In this document: positions 9,659 through 18,525 of the stretch, one piece after another
How positions within the stretch are numbered: position 1 is the first letter of the stretch
Layout: each line of letters begins with the position of its first letter
The notes under the pieces: model-generated
The model's database searches: none
Seen by the model: only the letters and a program-made list of their open reading frames with translations
What the model was told of the DNA's origin: nothing
Assembly (NCBI GenBank): GCA_024277755.1
Contig: JAJRUN010000082.1
Coordinates: 1 to 52,550 of the forward strand
DNA from: Gammaproteobacteria bacterium
GTDB lineage: Bacteria; Pseudomonadota; Gammaproteobacteria; Tenderiales; Tenderiaceae
Length of the DNA stretch: 52,550 bases
Direction: 5' to 3'
Translations under genes and position numbers: made by a program

Positions 9659-9850
9659 ATGGAAGAGCTGGATTTCACCGACAAACCGATTCAATTCAGT
9701 ATCACCCGGATGTCAGTCAACGAACGCGGCAGTCTGCCGGAGGAGACAATAACTCCACGCCGCCATCGGCCGGTGCGTTTTCGGGATATAGAACAGCGTC
9801 TGGATGAACTTCGCCTGCAACGTGAGATTAGCGAGGTATATGACCGGTAG
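9659..9850 (+). CDS. Small protein, 63 aa (C-terminus resembles DUF3545/PA3496-type small proteins)
   Basis: AGGAGA RBS before the ATG; charged C-terminal helix RDIEQRLDELRLQREISEVYD. Confidence 0.7.
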   Translation: MEELDFTDKPIQFSITRMSVNERGSLPEETITPRRHRPVRFRDIEQRLDELRLQREISEVYDR

Positions 9851-9871
9851 ACATACCCCCCAGCTAATCAA

Positions 9872-10669
9872 TCACTTTATCGCAGGTGTTTTACATTGAG
9901 CCTTGTTAGGCAGTGCATTGTAATACTTCATTGCCCTGCCCATATCAGCGTTAAGTTTTTCTATCCGAGTGGTATTTGAGGGATGGGTGGACATAAATTC
10001 CGCCGGGGCCTTACCGCCGCCTTTACCCATATTCTGCCAAAGTGTCACGCTTTGACGCGGATCAAAACCCGCCTTGGCCATTAGCGTCTGACCAATCTCA
10101 TCGGCTTCACTTTCATGCAAACGACTGAACGGCATCAACACACCAAACTTGCTACCCAGCCCCAGCAGGCTCATGGCCTGTTGCCGATAAGCGGTGTTAT
10201 TGGCCGACATCCAGTTTTCCAATAACGACAGACTCTGGCCAATAGCAAAGTTTTGCGAAACACGCTCATTACCATGATTTGCCAGCACATGGCCAACCTC
10301 ATGCCCCATTACCGCCGCCAGTTGATCAGGTGTCGTTGCCACCAGCAACAAGCCTTTATAGACACCTATTCTGCCCCCCGGCAGGGCAAAGGCATTAACC
10401 GTTGGCTCATCAAATACCACCACCTCCCAGTCACTGCTGTTTTTTTGCACTTCCGGCAATAGCGTGATGGCATCGGCAACACACTGAACGTAATTATTGA
10501 TAGCTGCATTCTTGACATGAGGGGTCTCCTGCTTCATCTGCTGGAACGACTGCAAGCCCATGGAAACCATTTGCGTTTCAGGCATAATGATCAGCTGCTT
10601 ACGCCCGGTTGGTGACACCGCACAGGCGCACAAAGCCAATACAAGCACTGTAAAGCTCAGTTTTTTCAT
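9872..10669 (-). CDS. M48-family Zn metallopeptidase lipoprotein
   Basis: Lipoprotein-like signal, NAFALPGG, HEVGH (HExxH), FSRLHESEAD, STHP. Confidence 0.93.
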   Translation of the reverse strand: MKKLSFTVLVLALCACAVSPTGRKQLIIMPETQMVSMGLQSFQQMKQETPHVKNAAINNYVQCVADAITLLPEVQKNSSDWEVVVFDEPTVNAFALPGGRIGVYKGLLLVATTPDQLAAVMGHEVGHVLANHGNERVSQNFAIGQSLSLLENWMSANNTAYRQQAMSLLGLGSKFGVLMPFSRLHESEADEIGQTLMAKAGFDPRQSVTLWQNMGKGGGKAPAEFMSTHPSNTTRIEKLNADMGRAMKYYNALPNKAQCKTPAIK

Positions 10670-10800
10670 CCAATTACTCTTAACAATTAAACAGCATTAT
10701 TTTACTATGGTTTCATTATCTACCAGCTTGCCTTTCAGTGCCAACTCTGGTCTCATACTTTCCCAACCGAATTACTAGACTATTGATTTTAGGCTGTTGA

Positions 10801-12279
10801 ATGACTGGCGAGGCACCAAAACCAACCCCCACAGAGCAACTGATTCAGGCGTTTCAGCAACTGCTGCCAGATGAGGCCGTGTTAACCGATACCGAAGACC
10901 TCCGTCCGTTTGAATGTGATGGGTTGTCGGTCTATCGCCGCCTGCCAATGGTGGTGGTGTTACCGGAAACCGTCGAGCAGGTACAAGCCATCATGCGACT
11001 CTGCTTTGCCGCCAAAGTGCCCGTGGTAGCCCGTGGTGCCGGCACGGGGCTGTCTGGTGGTGCTCTGCCCCTGGAAGACGGCGTGTTGCTGAGTCTGGCC
11101 AAGTTCAAGCAAATTCTCGATATCGACCCACAGAATGCCATGGCCACAGTGCAGCCTGGTGTACGCAATCTTGCTATTTCTGATGCCGCTGCCGCTCATG
11201 GTCTGTATTACGCCCCTGACCCCTCTTCTCAGATCGCCTGCACCATTGGCGGCAACGTGGCGGAAAACTCCGGTGGCGTGCACTGTCTCAAATACGGCCT
11301 GACAGTACACAACATCCTGCAATTGAAAATCGTCACTGTTGACGGTGAATTGCTCACCATTGGCAGTGAAACACTAGATTCCCCCGGTTATGATCTGTTG
11401 GCGCTGATGACCGGCTCTGAGGGCATGCTTGGCATATTCGTCGAAATCACAGTAAAACTGCTGGCGAAACCGGAACGCGCCCAAGTGGTGCTGGCAGCCT
11501 TTGATGACGTCACCAAGGCCGGTGAAGCCGTGGGTGAAATCATCGCTGCCGGCATCATTCCCGCCGGACTGGAAATGATGGACAAGCTCGCCATCCAGGC
11601 CGCCGAAGACTTTGCCCACGCGTGCTATCCCCGTGATGCTGAAGCCATCCTGCTATGTGAACTGGACGGCAGCAATGCCGAAGTTTCAGAACAGATCATG
11701 ACCGTGCACAAGGTCTTGAAACAGAGCGGTGCCACCGAAGTGCGCACAGCAAAAGATGAAGCCGAACGACAGCTGTTCTGGAAGGGACGCAAGTCAGCCT
11801 TTCCGGCAGTGGGTCGCATCTCGCCCGACTATTACTGCATGGACGGCACCATCCCGCGCCGCCAGCTACCCAAAGTTTTGCGTTTCATGAGCGAGCTTTC
11901 GAACGAATACGGTCTGGCGGTAGCCAATGTTTTTCACGCTGGTGATGGAAATCTGCACCCCTTGATTTTATTTGATGCCAACACCCCGGGCGAGCTGCAA
12001 CGTACTGAAGAATTTGGTCGCAGGATTCTTGAATTCTGCGTTGAAGTCGGCGGCACCATCACCGGTGAACATGGTGTTGGCATGGAAAAAATAGACCAGA
12101 TGTGTGTGCAATTTCAGTCAGCTGAACTGAGCCAGTTTCATGCCATCAAGAAGGCCTTCGACCCAGAAAACCTGTTAAATCCGGGCAAGGCTGTGCCCAC
12201 CCTGCATCGCTGTGCCGAGTTTGGTGCCATGCATGTCCACAATGGCCAGCTGGCCCATCCTGAGCTGGAGCGTTTCTGA
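10801..12279 (+). CDS. glcD: Glycolate oxidase/dehydrogenase subunit GlcD
   Basis: RGAGTGLSGG, YAPDPSSQIACTIGGNVAENSGGVHCLKYG, HAGDGNLHP, GEHGVG, C-terminal RCAEFGAMHVH...LERF. Confidence 0.96.
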   Translation: MTGEAPKPTPTEQLIQAFQQLLPDEAVLTDTEDLRPFECDGLSVYRRLPMVVVLPETVEQVQAIMRLCFAAKVPVVARGAGTGLSGGALPLEDGVLLSLAKFKQILDIDPQNAMATVQPGVRNLAISDAAAAHGLYYAPDPSSQIACTIGGNVAENSGGVHCLKYGLTVHNILQLKIVTVDGELLTIGSETLDSPGYDLLALMTGSEGMLGIFVEITVKLLAKPERAQVVLAAFDDVTKAGEAVGEIIAAGIIPAGLEMMDKLAIQAAEDFAHACYPRDAEAILLCELDGSNAEVSEQIMTVHKVLKQSGATEVRTAKDEAERQLFWKGRKSAFPAVGRISPDYYCMDGTIPRRQLPKVLRFMSELSNEYGLAVANVFHAGDGNLHPLILFDANTPGELQRTEEFGRRILEFCVEVGGTITGEHGVGMEKIDQMCVQFQSAELSQFHAIKKAFDPENLLNPGKAVPTLHRCAEFGAMHVHNGQLAHPELERF

Positions 12280-13340
12280 TGGTAAATCAAAGCATCAGTG
12301 AGCTGCTGCAAACCCAGGTACAACAAGCAGTCAAAAATGGCCACAGGCTCAACATCGTTGGCGGTGGCAGCAAACATTTTCTTGGCCGTCAGGGTCAGGG
12401 GGCAACACTGAACATCAGCCAACACCGTGGCATCATCGAATATGACCCACATGAACTGGTGATCACCGCTCGCGCCGGTACGCCGTTACAAGAGATTGAA
12501 CACGCCCTGGCGGATAAGCAACAGATGCTGGCCTTTGAGCCACCCCACTTTGGTGAACACGCCACGCTTGGCGGCACGATTGCCGCTGGGCTATCAGGCC
12601 CCCGTCGCCCGTACGCCGGTTCAGCACGCGATTTTATGCTGGGCTGCAAGGTGCTTAACGGCAAGGGCGAGATCATGCAGTTCGGTGGCCGGGTGATGAA
12701 AAACGTGGCCGGTTATGATGTCTCGCGTCTGATGACTGGGGCCTATGGCACCCTGGGTGTAATACTCGAACTCAGCCTGAAGGTGCTGCCCCGCCCTGCC
12801 GCAAGCGTAACCCTGTTTAACGAATGCAGCGAAGCCGACGCCATCCTGTTTATGAGCGGACTGCTAAGCAAGGCACTGCCTGTTGATGCCTGCTGTTATT
12901 ACAAAGGCCAAAGCTATGTGCGCCTCTCTGGCAGCAAACAATCGGTTGTCGATGCACAAAAAAAACTGCTCGGGGAACGCTTGAATCAACGCAGTCATTT
13001 CTGGCAACGCCTGCGTGAACATGAACTGTCATTCTTTAATCGGGACAAACCACTCTGGCGCATCCTGGTTAAACCAACGACGCCAACATTGGCCATTGAT
13101 GGCGAATGGCTGCTGGACTGGGGCGGCGCACAGCGCTGGTTATACAGCGATGCTGACGCCGCAGACATCCGCAAAATCGTGCAACAATACAACGGCCATG
13201 CCACCCTGTTTCGCAACGGTGATCGCCACGATGTCTTTCAGCCCCTGGCAGCACCCATGCAGCTGTTACAACAACGCATCAAGACCAGCTTTGATCCGGA
13301 CAATGTTTTCAACCCCGGCAGAATGTACGCAGAGATTTAG
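12279..13340 (+). CDS. glcE: Glycolate oxidase FAD-binding subunit GlcE
   Basis: AFEPPHFG, GLSGPRRPYAG, GGRVMKNVAGYD, DWGGAQRW; overlaps the glcD stop. Confidence 0.95.
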   Translation: MVNQSISELLQTQVQQAVKNGHRLNIVGGGSKHFLGRQGQGATLNISQHRGIIEYDPHELVITARAGTPLQEIEHALADKQQMLAFEPPHFGEHATLGGTIAAGLSGPRRPYAGSARDFMLGCKVLNGKGEIMQFGGRVMKNVAGYDVSRLMTGAYGTLGVILELSLKVLPRPAASVTLFNECSEADAILFMSGLLSKALPVDACCYYKGQSYVRLSGSKQSVVDAQKKLLGERLNQRSHFWQRLREHELSFFNRDKPLWRILVKPTTPTLAIDGEWLLDWGGAQRWLYSDADAADIRKIVQQYNGHATLFRNGDRHDVFQPLAAPMQLLQQRIKTSFDPDNVFNPGRMYAEI

Positions 13341-13348
13341 GCCTGAGC

Positions 13349-14554
13349 ATGCAAACCTGTATTGATCCTGAATTCAAATGCAACACCGAGATCGCCGAGG
13401 CCGATGAGATTCTGCGCAGCTGTGTCCATTGCGGTTTTTGCACCGCCACCTGCCCAACCTATCAGATCCTGGGGTCTGAACTGGACAGCCCGCGTGGCCG
13501 TATCTACCTGATCAAGGATTTACTGGAAGGAAAGGCCGCCACCGCCAAAACACGGCTGCATCTGGATCGCTGCCTCACCTGCCGTTCCTGCGAAACCACC
13601 TGCCCTTCCGGAGTGCGTTACAGCCGTCTGGTAGAAATCGGTCGCAACATCATGGAAAAAAAGGCACCGCGCTCGTTTGCCGACACCATGCTGCGCAAAG
13701 TCATGCTTGAAGTACTGCCCAATAGACAACGGGTTGAACTTGCCATCAAGGCCGGGCAACGGGTGAAGCCATTGCTACCAGCCCAATTGAAAAACAAACT
13801 GCCCGAACTAAAACAGTCCCGGCCATGGCCAGCATCATCACACCAACGCCGCATGCTAGTACTGGAAGGCTGTGTACAACCCCTGACAGCCCCCAACACC
13901 AATGCCGCCACCGCAAGCGTGTTGGACAAGTTAGGCATCTCACTCATCAGCGCCGAAAAGGCCGCTTGCTGCGGCGCCATCAACCAGCACATGTCCGATG
14001 CAGACACCGCCAAACAGCGCATGCGCGTCAACATTGATGCCTGGTGGCCTTATATCGAAGACGGTGTTGAGGCCATTGTCATGACCGCCAGTGGCTGTGG
14101 CCTGATGGTAAAAGACTATGGCCATGAGCTGCGCAATGACCCCGCCTATGCCGACAGAGCCACACGCATTAGCGAGCTCAGCAAAGACCTGAGTGAGATT
14201 CTGCGCGACGAAGACCTGACCCCGTTTACCAGCATTGGCAAAGGCACCAAGGTGGCCTACCAGTCATCCTGTACCCTGCAACACGGCCAAAAACTCAGTG
14301 GCGTTGTAGAAAACATTCTGCAAAACTGCGGTTACACATTGACAACCGTAGCAGACAGTCATCTCTGTTGCGGTGCAGCAGGCACCTATACCCTGCTGCA
14401 ACCCAGGCTGTCACAACAGCTATTGCACAACAAACTTGCGGCACTGAAAAATGACCAACCCGATGTCATTGCCAGCGCCAACATCGGCTGCCAGATGCAT
14501 TTGCAAAGTGGCAGCAAGATTCCGGTAAAACACTGGATAGAATTATTGGATTAG
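13349..14554 (+). CDS. glcF: Glycolate oxidase Fe-S subunit GlcF
   Basis: CVHCGFCTATCP and CLTCRSCETTCP 4Fe-4S motifs; two CCG domains. Confidence 0.95.
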   Translation: MQTCIDPEFKCNTEIAEADEILRSCVHCGFCTATCPTYQILGSELDSPRGRIYLIKDLLEGKAATAKTRLHLDRCLTCRSCETTCPSGVRYSRLVEIGRNIMEKKAPRSFADTMLRKVMLEVLPNRQRVELAIKAGQRVKPLLPAQLKNKLPELKQSRPWPASSHQRRMLVLEGCVQPLTAPNTNAATASVLDKLGISLISAEKAACCGAINQHMSDADTAKQRMRVNIDAWWPYIEDGVEAIVMTASGCGLMVKDYGHELRNDPAYADRATRISELSKDLSEILRDEDLTPFTSIGKGTKVAYQSSCTLQHGQKLSGVVENILQNCGYTLTTVADSHLCCGAAGTYTLLQPRLSQQLLHNKLAALKNDQPDVIASANIGCQMHLQSGSKIPVKHWIELLD

Positions 14555-14614
14555 GTAAGGTGCGCCATGCGCACCAGTGATAGAAACAACAATATAGAGA
14601 AAGAAGGAAACAGC

Positions 14615-15796
14615 ATGATTGCAAAATCTTTTCACCCACCACAACGCACTCTGATGGGCCCAGGACCATCCGATGTTAACCCGCGCATCCTTGAAGCCAT
14701 GTCACGGCCAACCATCGGCCATCTCGACCCTGTCTTTGTCGGCATGATGGACGAAATGAAAGGCCTGCTTAAATACGCCTTTCAAACCGACAATGAACTG
14801 ACCATGCCCGTTTCAGCACCGGGTTCTGCCGGTATGGAAACCTGTTTTGCCAATCTGGTTGAACCCGGTGATAAAGTTATCGTCTGTCAGAACGGCGTCT
14901 TCGGTGGCCGTATGAAAGAGAATGTCGAACGTTGTGGTGGCACCGCCGTCATGGTGGAAGACGAATGGGGCAAAGCGGTTGATCCGCAAAAACTGGAAGA
15001 CGCATTGAAAGCAAACAGCGACGCCAAGATTGTCGCCTTCGTCCACGCTGAAACCTCCACCGGCGCACAATCAGACGCCAAGACCCTGGTGGAGATTGCC
15101 CACAAACATGATTGCCTGACCATTGTCGATGCCGTTACCTCACTGGCTGGCACACCCGTACTGGTGGATGACTGGAACATTGACGCCATCTATTCCGGCA
15201 CCCAGAAATGTCTGTCATGCACCCCCGGCCTGTCACCGGTCAGTTTCAGCGAACGCGCCCTGGACAAAGTGCGCAACCGCTCAAGCAAAGTACAAAGCTG
15301 GTTTCTCGACCTGAATCTGGTCATGGGTTACTGGGGTGGCCAGGGCAAACGCGCCTATCACCACACCGCCCCCATCAATGCCCTGTACGGCCTGCATGAA
15401 TCACTGATCATCCTGCAGGAAGAAGGACTGGAAAACGCCTGGGCCCGTCACGCCAAACATCATCAAGCACTGTGTGCCGGTCTAGAAGCAATGGGGTTAA
15501 GCTTTATCGTCGATAAAAAAGACCGCCTGCCACAACTGAATGCCGTCACCATCCCTGAAGGTGTCGACGAAGCCGCCGTGCGCGCAACCCTGCTGAATGA
15601 CTACTCACTTGAAATCGGTGCCGGGCTTGGCGTCATGGCTGGCAAGGTCTGGCGCATTGGCTTGATGGGTCACGCCTGTAACGCCCGCAACGTCTACTTG
15701 TGTTTAAGCGCCCTGGATGACGTATTGGGTCGCCAGAATGCGCCGGTTGAAAATGGCGTGGCAGTCGCTGCGGCACAGAAGGTACTGGCTGGCTAA
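14615..15796 (+). CDS. Alanine/serine-glyoxylate aminotransferase (class V PLP enzyme)
   Basis: LMGPGPS, VHAETSTG, SGTQKCL (PLP Lys), YHHTAP, WRIGLMG. AAGGAA RBS supports ATG 14615. Confidence 0.92.
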   Translation: MIAKSFHPPQRTLMGPGPSDVNPRILEAMSRPTIGHLDPVFVGMMDEMKGLLKYAFQTDNELTMPVSAPGSAGMETCFANLVEPGDKVIVCQNGVFGGRMKENVERCGGTAVMVEDEWGKAVDPQKLEDALKANSDAKIVAFVHAETSTGAQSDAKTLVEIAHKHDCLTIVDAVTSLAGTPVLVDDWNIDAIYSGTQKCLSCTPGLSPVSFSERALDKVRNRSSKVQSWFLDLNLVMGYWGGQGKRAYHHTAPINALYGLHESLIILQEEGLENAWARHAKHHQALCAGLEAMGLSFIVDKKDRLPQLNAVTIPEGVDEAAVRATLLNDYSLEIGAGLGVMAGKVWRIGLMGHACNARNVYLCLSALDDVLGRQNAPVENGVAVAAAQKVLAG

Positions 15797-15827
15797 TACA
15801 CCTCAGTTGCAAGCAGTGCAAAAACTT

Positions 15828-15853
15828 AACGGGCCTGTTTAGGCCCGTTTTTT
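15828..15853 (+). terminator. Rho-independent terminator of the glc operon
   Basis: AACGGGCCT-GTTT-AGGCCCGTT followed by a T run. Confidence 0.88.
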
Positions 15854-15940
15854 ATTCTAAACACCGCAAATACAAACATTGATAATCTTTGTATTTCAGA
15901 CTAGTGTTATTTTCGAAAACATCTACTCTTGGAGGCCATC

Positions 15941-16198
15941 ATGCACATATCACTGACTGCCGAACTGGAATCTCGCGTTAAAGCCAAAGTTGAAAGTGGT
16001 CTATATAACAATGCCAGCGAAGTCATCCGCGAAGCACTGCGTTTTATGGATACCCACGAAGACTGGATCCACGAGGTAAAATTGGCTCGCTTGCGCGAAC
16101 AACTGAAAGTAGGCACTGATCAACTGAACCGTGGCGAAGGCATAGCGATTGAGTCAAAAGCAGCGCTGGATTCATTATTTGACGAGATTAAGGGCTAA
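15941..16198 (+). CDS. parD: ParD-family (ribbon-helix-helix) antitoxin
   Basis: MHISLT...VESGLYNNASEVIREALR motif; GGAGG RBS supports ATG 15941. Confidence 0.9.
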   Translation: MHISLTAELESRVKAKVESGLYNNASEVIREALRFMDTHEDWIHEVKLARLREQLKVGTDQLNRGEGIAIESKAALDSLFDEIKG

Positions 16199-16203
16199 CA
16201 CCC

Positions 16204-16514
16204 ATGCCAGCTCACCAGCTAGTTATTGCGCCTGCCGCCAAAAATGACCTCAAAGACATTTACCAGTACGGACTACGGCAGTGGAGGCAAACCCGATCAG
16301 ATAGCTACCTGGCAGCCATTAAAGATCAATTTTGGTCTCTGACTGAGCAACCGTTAACGGGTATTGAGCGCCTCGGACTCCTGCCCAGCACCAGAAGCCT
16401 CCCATTCAAAGCCATACTTTGTTTTACCGAGTCACTGCCAATCGGGTTGAAATCATTCGCGTACTTCACTGCCGCCAAGACCCGCAACGTCATTTAAATT
16501 TAAGAAAGCTCTAA
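16204..16514 (+). pseudogene. parE: ParE/RelE-family toxin with a 1-nt frameshift near 16401-16403
   Basis: N-terminus AKNDLKDIYQYGLRQW. The conserved C-terminus IQSHTLFYRVTANRVEIIRVLHCRQDPQRHL lies in another frame; one extra C at CTCCCATT restores it. Confidence 0.85.
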
Positions 16515-16585
16515 ACACAGCATGGCAACAATAACGTCAATCAAGACCTGCGGGCACATTAAATGCCTTTAATTTATATGTCGCA

Positions 16586-16721
16586 TTAGCTGAATTCTGT
16601 TACCGGTTTAATCATCGTTCAAATTGGAAGATATGCTTCCAAGGTTTTTGCATGTGTTGGTGAGAACACTGCCTATGCCTGAAAAGCTGTTGAAGATAGC
16701 TGAGCTTTATGGGTAATCAGG
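16586..16721 (+). mobile_element. IS1595-family remnant (transposase C-terminus plus right end)
   Basis: LAEFCYRFNHR, then after a frameshift FKLEDMLPRFLHVLVRTLPMPEKLLKIAELYG*. The element ends GGGTAATCAGG, whose reverse complement starts CCTGATT, the IS1595-group terminal signature. Confidence 0.78.
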
Positions 16722-16726
16722 TTTTC

Positions 16727-17965
16727 CTATACATTAAAAGCGGGAGTCATAAGCTGTTGTTCAGCTCTGCTTATACCGACCTTTGCAGCAACCGCTTCCC
16801 AGTTGCCAACACTCGATAGAACCTTGTTCTTAATTTGTATAGCTTCATCTTCACTCAACTGGAAAAAACCGATCACTTCCAGCGCCAATTCATAATTCAA
16901 ACTATTGTCGTCTTCATTAATATTTAAATGTAATCCGCCTGCTGGTGTAACAGGATTTATATCGAAAGCGGGTGACAGTAACCACCCCCCCTTGTGATAG
17001 ATAAAACCGTGGTTTCTTAAATGATCATCAGTATTTGATACAGCGATATTAAATACAATTCTACGCCATAGTTCAGCCAGGTCATTTTTTGTATTGGAGC
17101 CATGATTAGTTAAAAACTGTGCTAACTCCAGGTAACTTGCGCCTTCTTCACCATCGTCATAACCCAGCTGCATCATGGCGGAAGTAAAATGTAAACGACT
17201 ATTTGCCGTACGATCAAAACGGCGGGTTAAAAATGTGTGGTGCCGGCTATTAAATTTATCCAACCGGCATTCTGACATATCCATACCCGCATCGAGCGCT
17301 AACAGATACACCACAAACTCCCATGCCGCTATATCATAATCATCATGTGTGCTTGGAAATTTGGCAATCCATAAATTTTTATTGCTATCGACAACGCAGG
17401 ACTTTGGTCTTGCACCACCAAGTGATGAACCAGGTGAGATCAACATATTCAACCACTTTAAATAGTCTGGATCATCAATATTATGAGCATCCTCCACCTG
17501 ACCCGCTGCGTGTTCAAGTTCGCGCAAAGAGGCAATAGGCGGTGCGGCCAACCGTTCATTGTTGTCCAGAAAATCACCATTAATATCCAACTTAAATCGT
17601 AGTGCCCCCATGCGATACATATCATGCACACCAAGCAGATAATCAGATTCATTCAAAACATGAGGTTTGCGATTTTCCAGCCGGGCAATAACCGCTTCGC
17701 GCCTTTTCATTAACAAACGTCCCCAGCGATCCGGGCATGAGTCGAGAAAAATACGAAAATTTTGCTGCTCATTATTATGCTGATCACCCACATAAAGATG
17801 CAGGTCGGGGTCGATTTGCTGGACAAACTCAGACTGTAACCATGTTTCATCGTAAGCAAAGCTAAAATGTTCCTTTGCTTTTACCCGGTCAGATCGCAAC
17901 GTACCCACAAATGCCGGTTCGTCAAACTCTTCCCAGTGAGCAAACAGATAAATTTCTCTGCTCAT
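16727..17965 (-). CDS. hipA: HipA-family kinase toxin
   Basis: DSCPDRWGR, GSSLGGARPK, IAKFP, RRFDR, NTDDHLRNHGF, LSPAFD. Confidence 0.93.
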   Translation of the reverse strand: MSREIYLFAHWEEFDEPAFVGTLRSDRVKAKEHFSFAYDETWLQSEFVQQIDPDLHLYVGDQHNNEQQNFRIFLDSCPDRWGRLLMKRREAVIARLENRKPHVLNESDYLLGVHDMYRMGALRFKLDINGDFLDNNERLAAPPIASLRELEHAAGQVEDAHNIDDPDYLKWLNMLISPGSSLGGARPKSCVVDSNKNLWIAKFPSTHDDYDIAAWEFVVYLLALDAGMDMSECRLDKFNSRHHTFLTRRFDRTANSRLHFTSAMMQLGYDDGEEGASYLELAQFLTNHGSNTKNDLAELWRRIVFNIAVSNTDDHLRNHGFIYHKGGWLLSPAFDINPVTPAGGLHLNINEDDNSLNYELALEVIGFFQLSEDEAIQIKNKVLSSVGNWEAVAAKVGISRAEQQLMTPAFNV

Positions 17966-17967
17966 TA

Positions 17968-18276
17968 CTATTTACTCATTAACTTAATGTCCTGGAGCTT
18001 TCGTCCCAATTCATCATCACTTGCCACTGCCGAAAAATCATCGACCAAACCAAGCACACCCAGAACTGCAACATAATGACCAATAGAAACCGTTGAATCG
18101 CCCTGCTGAATTTTTCGAACCGTTAATCGGCTTAGCCCGGTACGCTCAGCAATCAGTGACTGGCTATATCCTCGTCGTTTACAGGCAAGTTTAATATTCT
18201 CACCCAGAACGGATAAAACCTTTTTGTTTTTAGGGAAAACAGCAGCGCTTCGCTTTTTCTTGCCTGAATTGAGCAC
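17968..18276 (-). CDS. XRE-family HTH antitoxin (HipB-like)
   Basis: LGENIKLACKRRGYSQSLIAERTGLSRLTVRKI and DDELGRKLQD. GGGAGG RBS supports GTG 18276. Directly upstream of hipA. Confidence 0.88.
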   Translation of the reverse strand: MLNSGKKKRSAAVFPKNKKVLSVLGENIKLACKRRGYSQSLIAERTGLSRLTVRKIQQGDSTVSIGHYVAVLGVLGLVDDFSAVASDDELGRKLQDIKLMSK

Positions 18277-18320
18277 TATACCTCCCAATAAGCTTTGTTT
18301 TGGAAATTATAGTACTCAAT
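18268..18320. promoter_or_regulatory. Long imperfect inverted repeat over the hipB RBS/start (probable operator)
   Basis: ATTGAGCACTATACCTCCCAA-N11-TTGGAAATTATAGTACTCAAT. Confidence 0.6.
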
Positions 18321-18360
18321 AAATAAACAGTAAAGGTTTTGTCAAAAATCACCTGATATT

Positions 18361-18525
18361 GCCATCTGCCTGGGTATGGTTATCTGGTATCTCTTATCAT
18401 CTGAATCATCTACCTACGGCAACGACACTTATATTGGTGTCAAATTCACTTCGATAGATTATGAGACTGGCAATATCAGCATCGATGCAGGCAGTTTTGG
18501 TGTCCAGCTGGGCACCCGGTTTTAA
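18361..18525 (+). pseudogene. 3' remnant of an outer-membrane beta-barrel gene
   Basis: Open frame ending YIGVKFTSIDYETGNISIDAGSFGVQLGTRF* (alternating pattern, terminal Phe). No signal peptide or 5' part. Confidence 0.55.
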
